Source of the DNA: Candidatus Doudnabacteria bacterium
GTDB lineage: Bacteria; Patescibacteriota; Doudnabacteria; UBA920
Length of the DNA: 56,875 bases
Assembly: GCA_023245995.1 (NCBI GenBank)
Contig: JAHFJH010000004.1
Coordinates: 1-56,875, forward strand
Direction of reading: 5' to 3'
Shown: piece by piece, positions 1-7,751 of the stretch
How the letters are laid out: each line of letters opens with the position of its first letter
Numbering within the stretch: the first letter of the stretch is position 1
Position numbers and translations under genes: made by a program
Notes under the pieces: generated by a model
What the model saw: the letters and a program-made list of their open reading frames with translations, nothing else
Told to the model about the DNA's origin: nothing
Database searches by the model: none

Positions 1-59
1 GTGTAGGATTTTGTTTTTCTAGTTTAAAAATTGCAAAATTGAAAATTATCTACATATAT

Positions 60-134
60 GGTGCCTGTAGCTCAATGGTAGAGCACCGCTCTGTGGCAGC
101 GGCTACGCGGGTCCGATTCCCGTCAGGCACCCCA
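60..134 (+). tRNA. tRNA-His (anticodon GTG) with encoded G-1 and CCA
   Basis: Cloverleaf read by eye: acceptor GTGCCTG/CAGGCAC, D arm GCTC-AATGGTA-GAGC, anticodon stem CCGCT/AGCGG with loop CTGTGGC (GTG), T arm GCGGG-TCCGATT-CCCGT. An extra G at position 60 lies opposite discriminator C (His hallmark). CCA at 132-134. Confidence 0.9.
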
Positions 135-137
135 GAC

Positions 138-167
138 AAAAAACATTAGCGAAAGCTAATGTTTTTT
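138..167 (+). terminator. Rho-independent terminator after tRNA-His
   Basis: AAAAAACATTAGC-GAAA-GCTAATGTTTTTT: 13-nt complementary arms, tetraloop, T-run. Confidence 0.75.
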
Positions 168-181
168 GTTACCATATAAAT

Positions 182-502
182 ATGAACAAATATATAAAAT
201 CAACCATTAGGATAATTCTTGCTGTCGTAGGGGCAGTGGTTATATTCGTTTTATTTATATACACATTCCCAAAACCGACGTTCACAACAATAATATTTAT
301 AGGCCACATATTTAAACCAAAGTACAAAGAAACTACCACCATAGTCAGCGACTATATTTGGTACGAATGTTCCAAGCCCATAAAAGTTCAAAAAAGATTT
401 ATGAAGGTTGGACATTTAGGAGGTTCGGCTTACCAATCTCTATACCTACCAGTCAACGATTCAGACCTAAAAAACTTCTGCCGTACAACTGCGATAGAAT
501 AA
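182..502 (+). CDS. hypothetical small membrane-anchored protein
   Basis: 106-codon ATG ORF directly after the tRNA terminator. N-terminal hydrophobic helix (IRIILAVVGAVVIFVLFIY). No recognisable motif; very AT-rich. Confidence 0.35.
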   Translation: MNKYIKSTIRIILAVVGAVVIFVLFIYTFPKPTFTTIIFIGHIFKPKYKETTTIVSDYIWYECSKPIKVQKRFMKVGHLGGSAYQSLYLPVNDSDLKNFCRTTAIE

Positions 503-556
503 TTAACATGTCATCTTCTTTCATTATGCACAAAAAAACAGGATACTAGAAAACTC

Positions 557-596
557 TAGTGCCTTTTGTTATACTCGTTATACTAACCCACAAACT
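557..596 (+). promoter_or_regulatory. promoter-like module, copy 1 (extended -10 TGTTATACT)
   Basis: 40-nt segment 34/40 identical to 721-760. Contains TG-n-TATACT at 567-575. Confidence 0.45.
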
Positions 597-650
597 TTCT
601 CATGTGAGCATCCTCCTCGCCTACAATAACTCCCCTATATTTATCAACAT

Positions 651-686
651 GTCTAAAAGTGTTCACATTTGTGAACACTTTTAGAC
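651..686. repeat. perfect 17-bp inverted repeat with 2-nt spacer
   Basis: GTCTAAAAGTGTTCACA-TT-TGTGAACACTTTTAGAC. No T-run on either side. Function (RNA hairpin or operator) unknown. Confidence 0.9.
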
Positions 687-720
687 AAGACTTACATATA
701 CAAAAATTATTCGCATAAGT

Positions 721-760
721 TAGTGTCTTTTGTTATACTCGGCATACTAACCTGCGAACT
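721..760 (+). promoter_or_regulatory. promoter-like module, copy 2; probable promoter of the KAP NTPase gene
   Basis: Second copy of the 40-nt module. TG-n-TATACT at 731-739, about 125 nt upstream of the ATG at 871. Confidence 0.5.
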
Positions 761-772
761 CCCACACCACCA

Positions 773-790
773 GTTGCGATGGTTGCGATG
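773..790 (+). repeat. tandem 9-mer GTTGCGATG x2 in the NTPase leader
   Basis: Exact tandem duplication read directly. Function unknown. Confidence 0.85.
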
Positions 791-870
791 GTCATCTTGG
801 TGCATTTTAGCCTAAAAAGGAATAAAATAGTAGTAGAAGTGCCATCTACGAGTAAAGTGAGATAGGAAAG

Positions 871-2571
871 ATGTCTATAAAGCTAGCCAAATCAGAAATA
901 GAAAGTTTTCTTAGCAGTGCAGAGCCTGCTGTTATTTGCATTAGTGGCAAATGGGGTGCCGGAAAAACTTATGCTTGGAAAAGATATCTAAAAGATTTCT
1001 ACGCAAGCGGGAATGTATCTCCAAATTATACTAGTTACTCATATATCTCGTTGTTTGGTCAAAACTCTTTACAAGAAGTAAAAAATTCGATTTTCCCCAG
1101 TACTATTCCATTAGCAGTACTAGAAGAAGGCCCAAACCCCGAAGATTTCACCAAAAAAGCAAAGGCGGCAATACAATCTTGGAGAAAGATAGCACCGTGG
1201 GTTTCAAAGTTTCTACAAGAGAAGACTTCTATTGTCGGTCTAGAGCAACTCTTTTTATTAGCAATAAAAAAACAAATTATTTGCATCGATGACTTAGAGC
1301 GACGAGGCGAAGGTCTACAAATAAAAGATATCTTGGGCTTAGCCTCATTTCTAAAAGAAGAAAAATCTTGCAAAGTTGTAATAATTCTTAACGACGAGAT
1401 GCTCGAGGATACTGACAAACAAGACTTCAAAGGAAAGCTAGAAAAAGTTGTGGATATATTTATCAAGTTCAATCCTACGCCAAGTGAGGCTGCTGACATT
1501 GGTATTGATAAAGGTGTCCCCTTGTACGCTAGTTTCAGTGCCGACATTATAAAACTAGGGATACTTAATATACGTGTAATAAAAAAGATACAAAGGCTGG
1601 CATCCATACTTAAGGAGAAACTATCAAACTATGACACCAGAATCTTCGAAAACGCATTGCACTCTTTAATCTTATTAGCATGGACATTTTATCAACCTTC
1701 AGAAGCTCCGCCGGTTGAGTTTATTAAAGAACATTCTAGTTACTTTCCGCCAAAAGATAAAGACAGCGATAAGAATGAAGACAAGACCAGGTGGACAAGC
1801 ATCTTAAACACTTTTGGTTGGACACATTTCGATGAAATGGACTCGCTGCTTTTGACAAGTTTAAAAGATGGCTATTTTGACGACTCTTCACTTCAAACAA
1901 TCGCACAAAAGCTTCAAAAAGATTTAGCCCAAGACGATAAGAGTAATTCTTTTAGCAAGGCATGGGATTTATATCATGCAACTTTCGACGATAACAAAGA
2001 AGAGGTCTTAGACAAATTATTTGACTCATTTAAGCAAAATGTCGAGATAATAAGCCCTTCAAACTTGGATGCAACTGTAAGGTTTTTTAAAGAATTTGAT
2101 AGAGCGGAGCAGGCAAAAGAGATGGTAAAGTTTTATATCGAAAAGCATCCAGGGGATAAGGAATTTTATAGCTTGCACAGTTACTCGTTTAGAGAAGATG
2201 TTAAAGACGAAGATGTGGTGTCAGCATTCGAACAAAAATCAAAGACTTTCACAGACAACCGCAACCCGCTAGAAGTGTTGGAAGGAATCATTAAAAACCA
2301 TGGTTGGAATGTAGAAGATATAGAGTTGTTATCTAAATTAACAAAAGAAGATTTTTATAAACTGTTTAAAGACAACAAGGGAGACAAACTCAGAATCGCA
2401 ATTTACGGAGCACTTGAATTTACGAAAGTTAGAGGGATTGGTGAAAAAGAGAAAAATATATCACTAACAGCAATTGAAGCCCTAAAACAAGTAGCATCTG
2501 AGTCGGACATAAATAGACGCAGAGTCACGTCATATGGCGTAACACTAGACGAGCAGACAAAATCTGTTTAA
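871..2571 (+). CDS. KAP-family-like P-loop NTPase (soluble variant)
   Basis: Walker A GKWGAGKT (res 26-33) and Walker B-like IICIDDLERR (res 136-145), matching the G-x-W-G-x-GKT / hhhhDDLDR pattern of KAP NTPases. About 260-aa helical C-terminal region without motifs I recognise. Confidence 0.7.
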   Translation: MSIKLAKSEIESFLSSAEPAVICISGKWGAGKTYAWKRYLKDFYASGNVSPNYTSYSYISLFGQNSLQEVKNSIFPSTIPLAVLEEGPNPEDFTKKAKAAIQSWRKIAPWVSKFLQEKTSIVGLEQLFLLAIKKQIICIDDLERRGEGLQIKDILGLASFLKEEKSCKVVIILNDEMLEDTDKQDFKGKLEKVVDIFIKFNPTPSEAADIGIDKGVPLYASFSADIIKLGILNIRVIKKIQRLASILKEKLSNYDTRIFENALHSLILLAWTFYQPSEAPPVEFIKEHSSYFPPKDKDSDKNEDKTRWTSILNTFGWTHFDEMDSLLLTSLKDGYFDDSSLQTIAQKLQKDLAQDDKSNSFSKAWDLYHATFDDNKEEVLDKLFDSFKQNVEIISPSNLDATVRFFKEFDRAEQAKEMVKFYIEKHPGDKEFYSLHSYSFREDVKDEDVVSAFEQKSKTFTDNRNPLEVLEGIIKNHGWNVEDIELLSKLTKEDFYKLFKDNKGDKLRIAIYGALEFTKVRGIGEKEKNISLTAIEALKQVASESDINRRRVTSYGVTLDEQTKSV

Positions 2572-2602
2572 AGCAGCTTCCGAGATAGCCACTATTGCAA
2601 AA

Positions 2603-2631
2603 TTGGCAAACTAAAACCCTGAGCGTATAAT
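2603..2631 (+). promoter_or_regulatory. sigma70-type promoter TTGGCA-17-TATAAT
   Basis: Near-consensus -35/-10 boxes with a 17-nt spacer, 28 nt upstream of the ATG at 2659. Confidence 0.6.
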
Positions 2632-2658
2632 AAGGATATTAAACTCAACAATATTTAT

Positions 2659-3105
2659 ATGGATAAAAATAAACTAATACTACCTATAACAATCCTGCTT
2701 GGATGCGTTATCCTAGGTGGTACATTTTATGCGGTGCAGGCAAGTAAACAAAAATCCATCGAAAAACAGCAAGCACTGAAAATGGAAGAAGACAGAAGAA
2801 TAGCGGGCATCAAAGCAGAAGAAGATAAAAAGGCTGCAGAAGCCAAAGCTGAAATGGATGAAAAAGAATTTGATGCTAAAAGAAAGTCAGATTGTTTATC
2901 CATCTATAAGACAGAGAGCGATAAATGGAATAACGCCCGTGGTTGGAGATATGATGAAACAGAAAACTTGTGTTATATACGATATAAAGACCCAAAACCG
3001 AAAAGCGCGGCTGAATGTGAAGCACAGTATAAAGATTTAACCGGCTTATACTTCATTACTCAAAAGCTTCTTTGCAAAGATGGTGAATTTGAAAACTCGT
3101 TTTAA
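2659..3105 (+). CDS. hypothetical membrane-anchored coiled-coil / 4-Cys protein
   Basis: N-terminal TM helix, a Lys/Glu-rich helical stretch, then a C-terminal ~70 aa with four Cys. Has its own promoter and a downstream terminator. Confidence 0.5.
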   Translation: MDKNKLILPITILLGCVILGGTFYAVQASKQKSIEKQQALKMEEDRRIAGIKAEEDKKAAEAKAEMDEKEFDAKRKSDCLSIYKTESDKWNNARGWRYDETENLCYIRYKDPKPKSAAECEAQYKDLTGLYFITQKLLCKDGEFENSF

Positions 3106-3163
3106 GGCAGCATTGAGCTTAGCAATAGATGTATTCCAATCGCCATAAAATATAGTATAAAAC

Positions 3164-3196
3164 AAAAACAGCGACATAAATCTGTTCGCTGTTTTT
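3164..3196. terminator. bidirectional terminator between convergent genes
   Basis: ACAGCGA (3168-3174) pairs with TCGCTGT (3186-3192), flanked by an A-run upstream and a T-run downstream. Confidence 0.65.
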
Positions 3197-3221
3197 GGAT
3201 TCTGTAGCATTACTCCGCATA

Positions 3222-3467
3222 CTACTCCTCATCTGGAATGACGCATATTTGTCTGATTTGAGAGGGATGCAACCATACCTCCTCAATGTTGACGTAGCCA
3301 ATTTTATGGCGTTGCTTATCACCAATGGGCCTTTCGTTGGAATAGTCACACTCGATACCTATCCAGCCGTGGTCAAAGCCAATAATCACACCATCTATCC
3401 AACCAGAACCATCGAACTCTGTTTCGGTAAGTACCACGCTTACATGCTTTCCTACTAGCCTAGACAT
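3222..3467 (-). CDS. hypothetical small beta-rich protein
   Basis: 81-codon ATG ORF. VSVVLTETEFDGSGWIDGVIIGFDHGWIGIE is vaguely Sm/SH3-like; no family recognised. Confidence 0.4.
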   Translation of the reverse strand: MSRLVGKHVSVVLTETEFDGSGWIDGVIIGFDHGWIGIECDYSNERPIGDKQRHKIGYVNIEEVWLHPSQIRQICVIPDEE

Positions 3468-3685
3468 AAATAGCCCTTTTCCAAAGAAACATTGTATGAA
3501 GGAGTATCCACATAAATAGATAACCCCCCTTAGATATTTTTCACCTAAGCCCTTAGGCGGTCTTTAAGACTAAGCTTTATAACACAAATAAAATATTATT
3601 GCAAGACTGCGTATAAACACATCCACAAAAACCCTTCTATGTTCTGAAGTAGGATTACGACTTTCTTCACTACATGACCCCCTAC

Positions 3686-3716
3686 AAAATACCGACTATT
3701 GTAGTCGGTATTTTTA
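3686..3716 (-). terminator. terminator of the 4546->3745 two-gene unit
   Basis: ATACCGACTA-TTG-TAGTCGGTAT: perfect 10-bp stem flanked by A/T runs. Confidence 0.75.
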
Positions 3717-3744
3717 TTGTTTGAGTAAAAATGTTGTATTGGTG

Positions 3745-4062
3745 TTAATTCTTAAAGAACTCGTAGGTGTAGAAGCCGAGAATAAGCAGAAAGCCTAGCA
3801 CGGCGGTAACTTCTAGTGCCATGAGCGCGCGTTTGGTTTTGGTTGCGTCTACATTCTTACTGCCAATATACAACACGGCAAACATTACTAAAAAAATAAT
3901 AACAGACAACCAACTCTTAGTAACCCAGTGGTGTCCGGTAAAACTAGCTAGCCAGTTCTTAAATGGCACTGAAAACTCACTCGCCAAAGTGACCACCACC
4001 ACAGTTACAATGGTTGTAGCAGCAGACCAACTAGAAACGTAAATAGACTTTAACTTTTCCAT
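3745..4062 (-). CDS. hypothetical membrane protein (about 3 TM)
   Basis: 105 codons with three long hydrophobic segments. 4-nt gap to the upstream ORF; followed by a strong terminator. Confidence 0.5.
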   Translation of the reverse strand: MEKLKSIYVSSWSAATTIVTVVVVTLASEFSVPFKNWLASFTGHHWVTKSWLSVIIFLVMFAVLYIGSKNVDATKTKRALMALEVTAVLGFLLILGFYTYEFFKN

Positions 4063-4066
4063 AAAT

Positions 4067-4546
4067 TTATATAGCTCCCCAACGGGCAGCAGCCGAAATT
4101 ATAAAACCCATAAGTCCAAAACTTAAACCAAAACCAGCGACAATAATGATTAGCCTCATAAAATGTTGGCGTAACCCAAGTGTTTGTAGCTCAGTTGCAT
4201 CTAGCCTAGACAATAAATAAACTGTTACAGCTATGGGCAAAGCAAAAAGAAAAATGTGTTCTTTTGCTTCCATGGCAATTGAGTGTGCCCAAGGAGCACT
4301 CCCAGCCTTTATGATAGGCTTCACCAAAGGTCCGTAAAACTTAACGTAGTAGTACCCGCCTATTATCCATGTAAGTACATAGGCAAAAAGACCAACAAGT
4401 GCGGAAGCCTTACGCCGCAGAGTAGAGCCGGCATTGGCAACCACTTCTCCAAGTAGCCACAAAAAAGCGTCTATACCTAAAATGGCAAAACCCAAATGCA
4501 AACCAATAAGTACCGGCTTGCTTTGTAACACAGATATTATATCCAT
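4067..4546 (-). CDS. hypothetical polytopic membrane protein (4-5 TM)
   Basis: 159 codons with repeated hydrophobic helices and several His residues. No family recognised. Confidence 0.55.
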   Translation of the reverse strand: MDIISVLQSKPVLIGLHLGFAILGIDAFLWLLGEVVANAGSTLRRKASALVGLFAYVLTWIIGGYYYVKFYGPLVKPIIKAGSAPWAHSIAMEAKEHIFLFALPIAVTVYLLSRLDATELQTLGLRQHFMRLIIIVAGFGLSFGLMGFIISAAARWGAI

Positions 4547-4717
4547 ACCTAAATTATATTCCCTGCTAAATACCGTGCAAATACAGCCTGTGCATAACCC
4601 AAACTTTACCTGTCTACCTTAAAGTACCAATTGGCCAATACTACAAATCAAAAAAGGTCGCTTTAGGCAAGTTTTTTTGTTAAACTCATAGTAGGATGAA
4701 CATTAAATCTAAGACTT

Positions 4718-5026
4718 ATGAATAAACTAATTAAGCGAGGTTTTTTGAACGCTTTAGGTACAGGTGCGTATGTAGCAATAATTGTTACGATAGTATTCAA
4801 CGGCGAAAAAATGTTTGGCTCTATAAATAGCGCACTCGCACCCATAGCAGTTTTACTGCTCTTTATTACCTCTGCTACTATAACTGGAAGTTTAGTACTG
4901 GGTAAGCCACTACTCATGTACATAGACGGTCAAAAAAAAGAAGCTGTACACTTGCTTCTCTACACCATTGGCTGGTTAGCTCTTGGCCTTATTGCTTTAT
5001 CTATAATAGGACTTATCCTACGGTAA
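4718..5026 (+). CDS. hypothetical membrane protein (about 3 TM)
   Basis: 102 codons, three hydrophobic helices. Divergent from the 4546 unit. Confidence 0.45.
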   Translation: MNKLIKRGFLNALGTGAYVAIIVTIVFNGEKMFGSINSALAPIAVLLLFITSATITGSLVLGKPLLMYIDGQKKEAVHLLLYTIGWLALGLIALSIIGLILR

Positions 5027-5157
5027 TAACTATAATTTAAGAAATACTAATACTAACTGCCGTGGTGCCTTTCTGGCAAAAAATATCATAATTATAATAT
5101 CTTACAAATCTAAGTGTTAACTATATTTTGTTATATTTATGCATATAGAGCTTGTCA

Positions 5158-6165
5158 ATGAAACTTACTAGGTTTTCCATATATTTAATATTAGCGGGTC
5201 TAACTTTATTAGGGATTGGTTTTAGTATTGGCCATTTTACAATACAGAAAAAAACAAATCTGACACCGGCTAAACCTATAAGGCAAGCCAACATCACATA
5301 TAAATACATAGACCCACTGCTTGCTTATGACTTCCCAAAGGCGAACGATATCACTCAATACAAAGTATTATCGGAAAAACTAGAGCAGCTGGTTACAAAT
5401 GCCATTCAAAATAAAAAAGCTGAAAATATATCCGTTTACTTTAAAGAACTACAAAAGGGAGAATGGGTAGGTATACACGAAAATGATATTTATTCTCCGG
5501 CTAGCCTGCTTAAAGTACCTTTAATGTTAGCATATCTAAAAATTGCCGAGTCCAAACCAGAAACCTTACACCAAAATGTATTGATAAAGGCAACCAGTAT
5601 AGATAATGTTCAAAATATTAAACCAACAGAGCACATAGAACAAGGGAAGACATACACCGTTGCAGATTTAATAAAGTACATGATTGCTTACTCCGACAAC
5701 GATGCAGCAGCCGCTCTACGCAGCATTATTGATGCAAAAGACGTTGAAGATGCATACACAGATCTAGGACTTAAGTACCCACGAAATGAGTTGGGCGACA
5801 GCATGACAGTAAAAAACTACGCGCTATATTTTCGCCTACTTTATAATGCAACATATTTGGATAGAGACTCATCAGAAAGCGCACTTAAAATACTATCTGA
5901 AACAGATTTTACACAAGGTCTAGTGGCGGGAGTGCCAAATACAATAGTTGTAGCACACAAATTTGGAGAACGTAAAATTGAAAAGACTAATAACACAATT
6001 CAACAACAGCTTCATGATTGCGGTATTGTTTATGTGCCAAACCGACCATATGTACTATGTGTTATGACCAAGGGCAGTGATTTACATACCTTAACTGACA
6101 TACTTCATGATATTTCAAAAACTACATACGAATACGAACAAAATTCGATAAAAACCCAGCAATAA
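5158..6165 (+). CDS. class A beta-lactamase-like / PBP-like serine hydrolase, membrane-anchored
   Basis: S-x-x-K (SLLK in SPASLLKVPLM), S-D-N (YSDND) and K/H-x-G (HKFG) in the canonical order. N-terminal TM helix. The ORF track starts at TTG 5152; ATG 5158 is preferred. Extended -10 TGTTATATT at 5129-5137. Confidence 0.75.
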   Translation: MKLTRFSIYLILAGLTLLGIGFSIGHFTIQKKTNLTPAKPIRQANITYKYIDPLLAYDFPKANDITQYKVLSEKLEQLVTNAIQNKKAENISVYFKELQKGEWVGIHENDIYSPASLLKVPLMLAYLKIAESKPETLHQNVLIKATSIDNVQNIKPTEHIEQGKTYTVADLIKYMIAYSDNDAAAALRSIIDAKDVEDAYTDLGLKYPRNELGDSMTVKNYALYFRLLYNATYLDRDSSESALKILSETDFTQGLVAGVPNTIVVAHKFGERKIEKTNNTIQQQLHDCGIVYVPNRPYVLCVMTKGSDLHTLTDILHDISKTTYEYEQNSIKTQQ

Positions 6166-6217
6166 ATAAAGTATGCCTAGATTATTTCATCTCGGCATAC
6201 TTGATGTTAAATAATAT

Positions 6218-6697
6218 TTAAGTTTGGAAGTCTATTTCAAAGGGGTACATGCCCATACCACAGGTGCCGGAAAAAAGCCCCGCTTTGGGCGTACCTAAGT
6301 CTATATCCGTCTCGCCAGTAGGCGGTAAGTTTTTGCTAAGTTTAAGTTCTGGAATGCGTATAGCAGAAGAGCAGTCAAAGGTGCCGTTTGTGTTTACCCG
6401 CAGCACCGTTGGTATGCCTGCTTTGGCTACACTTCTTCTTGGAGTATAACCGCCTTTTGCAGTAAGCACTATTATTTGCTTGCCGTCTTGAGAGCTTACG
6501 TTATTTTTTGCTTCCGTACCTGTAGTTTGAGTAGATGAGCTTGTTTTAAAACTGTCTTCATTTAACAAAACTAAAGCGCCAAAAAAACCTACAACTATAA
6601 CTCCAATTACCACCATAGCAATAATTACTCTTTTTTGTTCACTTTCAAAGTTTTGCGACTCTCCGCGCGAGTGATTTTTTATTTTCCATTTATTCAT
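6218..6697 (-). CDS. membrane-anchored cupredoxin-like domain protein
   Basis: TM anchor plus a ~100-aa beta domain ending FSGTCGMGMYPFEIDF. This type of small domain commonly follows copper ATPases. Last gene of the cop operon. Confidence 0.55.
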   Translation of the reverse strand: MNKWKIKNHSRGESQNFESEQKRVIIAMVVIGVIVVGFFGALVLLNEDSFKTSSSTQTTGTEAKNNVSSQDGKQIIVLTAKGGYTPRRSVAKAGIPTVLRVNTNGTFDCSSAIRIPELKLSKNLPPTGETDIDLGTPKAGLFSGTCGMGMYPFEIDFQT

Positions 6698-6718
6698 AAA
6701 TATACTTTAGCTTATTTT

Positions 6719-7741
6719 TTAAAAATTAAAAACAGGAGAAATCCACCCCATAACCACCAAGCTATTAATTAAATTAAACAAAGCAAATAAAATAACTATT
6801 AATCCCGCGGACTTAAAAAATATTCCTGCCTTAGTACTATTTTTTATGCTAAAAGAACTAAAACTTATAAGTGCTAAAACAGGCAGAGTGCCAAGCGCAA
6901 AAGCCAACATTGTTAACCCACCAGCCATAAAGCTTCCGGTAGACAAAGTGTACACCTGCATGGACTGAGTAAAACCGCATGGCAAAAAGAATGTCGCCAC
7001 CCCTACCAAGACAGGCGTAAATCTGTGGTTAAATTTTGATATACCTAACACATGTTTAGAAATAAACTTTGGCATGCTTGGCTGTAACTTTTTGGTAAAA
7101 TGAAACACTTCTAGTAAGTTTAGTCCCAACACTAACATAACCAAACCAATTACTAGACTCAACACAAAAGTACTGGTAGCGTTTAAGGTAAAGGCCGCAC
7201 CCAAAGTGCCTATAACCCCACCGAGTAAAAAGAAAGAGACTATTCGGCCAATATGGAACAAAACTTGCGGTTTTGTTTTATCTCCACCCTGTGCAAAAGT
7301 CGCAGACATAGACAAAATAAGCCCACCGACCACAGCCATACAAGTGGAGACAGACGCAATCAGTCCAATAAGTACAGCCGTGCCATAAGACATGTTAGTT
7401 GCATCCACCAAGTTTACTATGCCCATTTTTTGCAACAAGACGAACAGTAAAGCAAAACCTACGGCAACTGGCACTGCGTAGTAAAACTCTGACCACTTTT
7501 TTTCTTGTGATGGTTTTTCCGTATGCAAGCTATAACCACGCTTCTGTAAAACCGCACTTAAGTCTTGCGCAATTTGTTCTGGAGTTTTTTCACCAAAGTC
7601 TCCTTCCACCAAAACACAGCGCGACTGCAAATTTGCGCGAACCTTTTCTACTTCCGGCAGTTCTTCCAGTTCGCTGTCTATCATCATCTCGCAGGCCTTA
7701 CAGTGCATGCCACTTGCATGAAATGTATATGTATTCTTCAT
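6719..7741 (-). CDS. HMA-domain protein fused to a TauE/SafE (DsbD_2)-like permease
   Basis: N-terminal GMHCKACE heavy-metal-associated motif, then a ~7-TM region with Cys motifs (STCMAVVGG, LPCGFTQS). Confidence 0.65.
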   Translation of the reverse strand: MKNTYTFHASGMHCKACEMMIDSELEELPEVEKVRANLQSRCVLVEGDFGEKTPEQIAQDLSAVLQKRGYSLHTEKPSQEKKWSEFYYAVPVAVGFALLFVLLQKMGIVNLVDATNMSYGTAVLIGLIASVSTCMAVVGGLILSMSATFAQGGDKTKPQVLFHIGRIVSFFLLGGVIGTLGAAFTLNATSTFVLSLVIGLVMLVLGLNLLEVFHFTKKLQPSMPKFISKHVLGISKFNHRFTPVLVGVATFFLPCGFTQSMQVYTLSTGSFMAGGLTMLAFALGTLPVLALISFSSFSIKNSTKAGIFFKSAGLIVILFALFNLINSLVVMGWISPVFNF

Positions 7742-7751
7742 AAGTTTAAAA

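Noticed and set aside
1059-1607. 182-aa minus-strand ORF inside the KAP NTPase gene
   Set aside because: It is fully antisense to a gene with clear Walker motifs. The Ser/Ile-rich low-complexity translation is typical of the reverse frame of an AT-rich gene, and there are no start signals.
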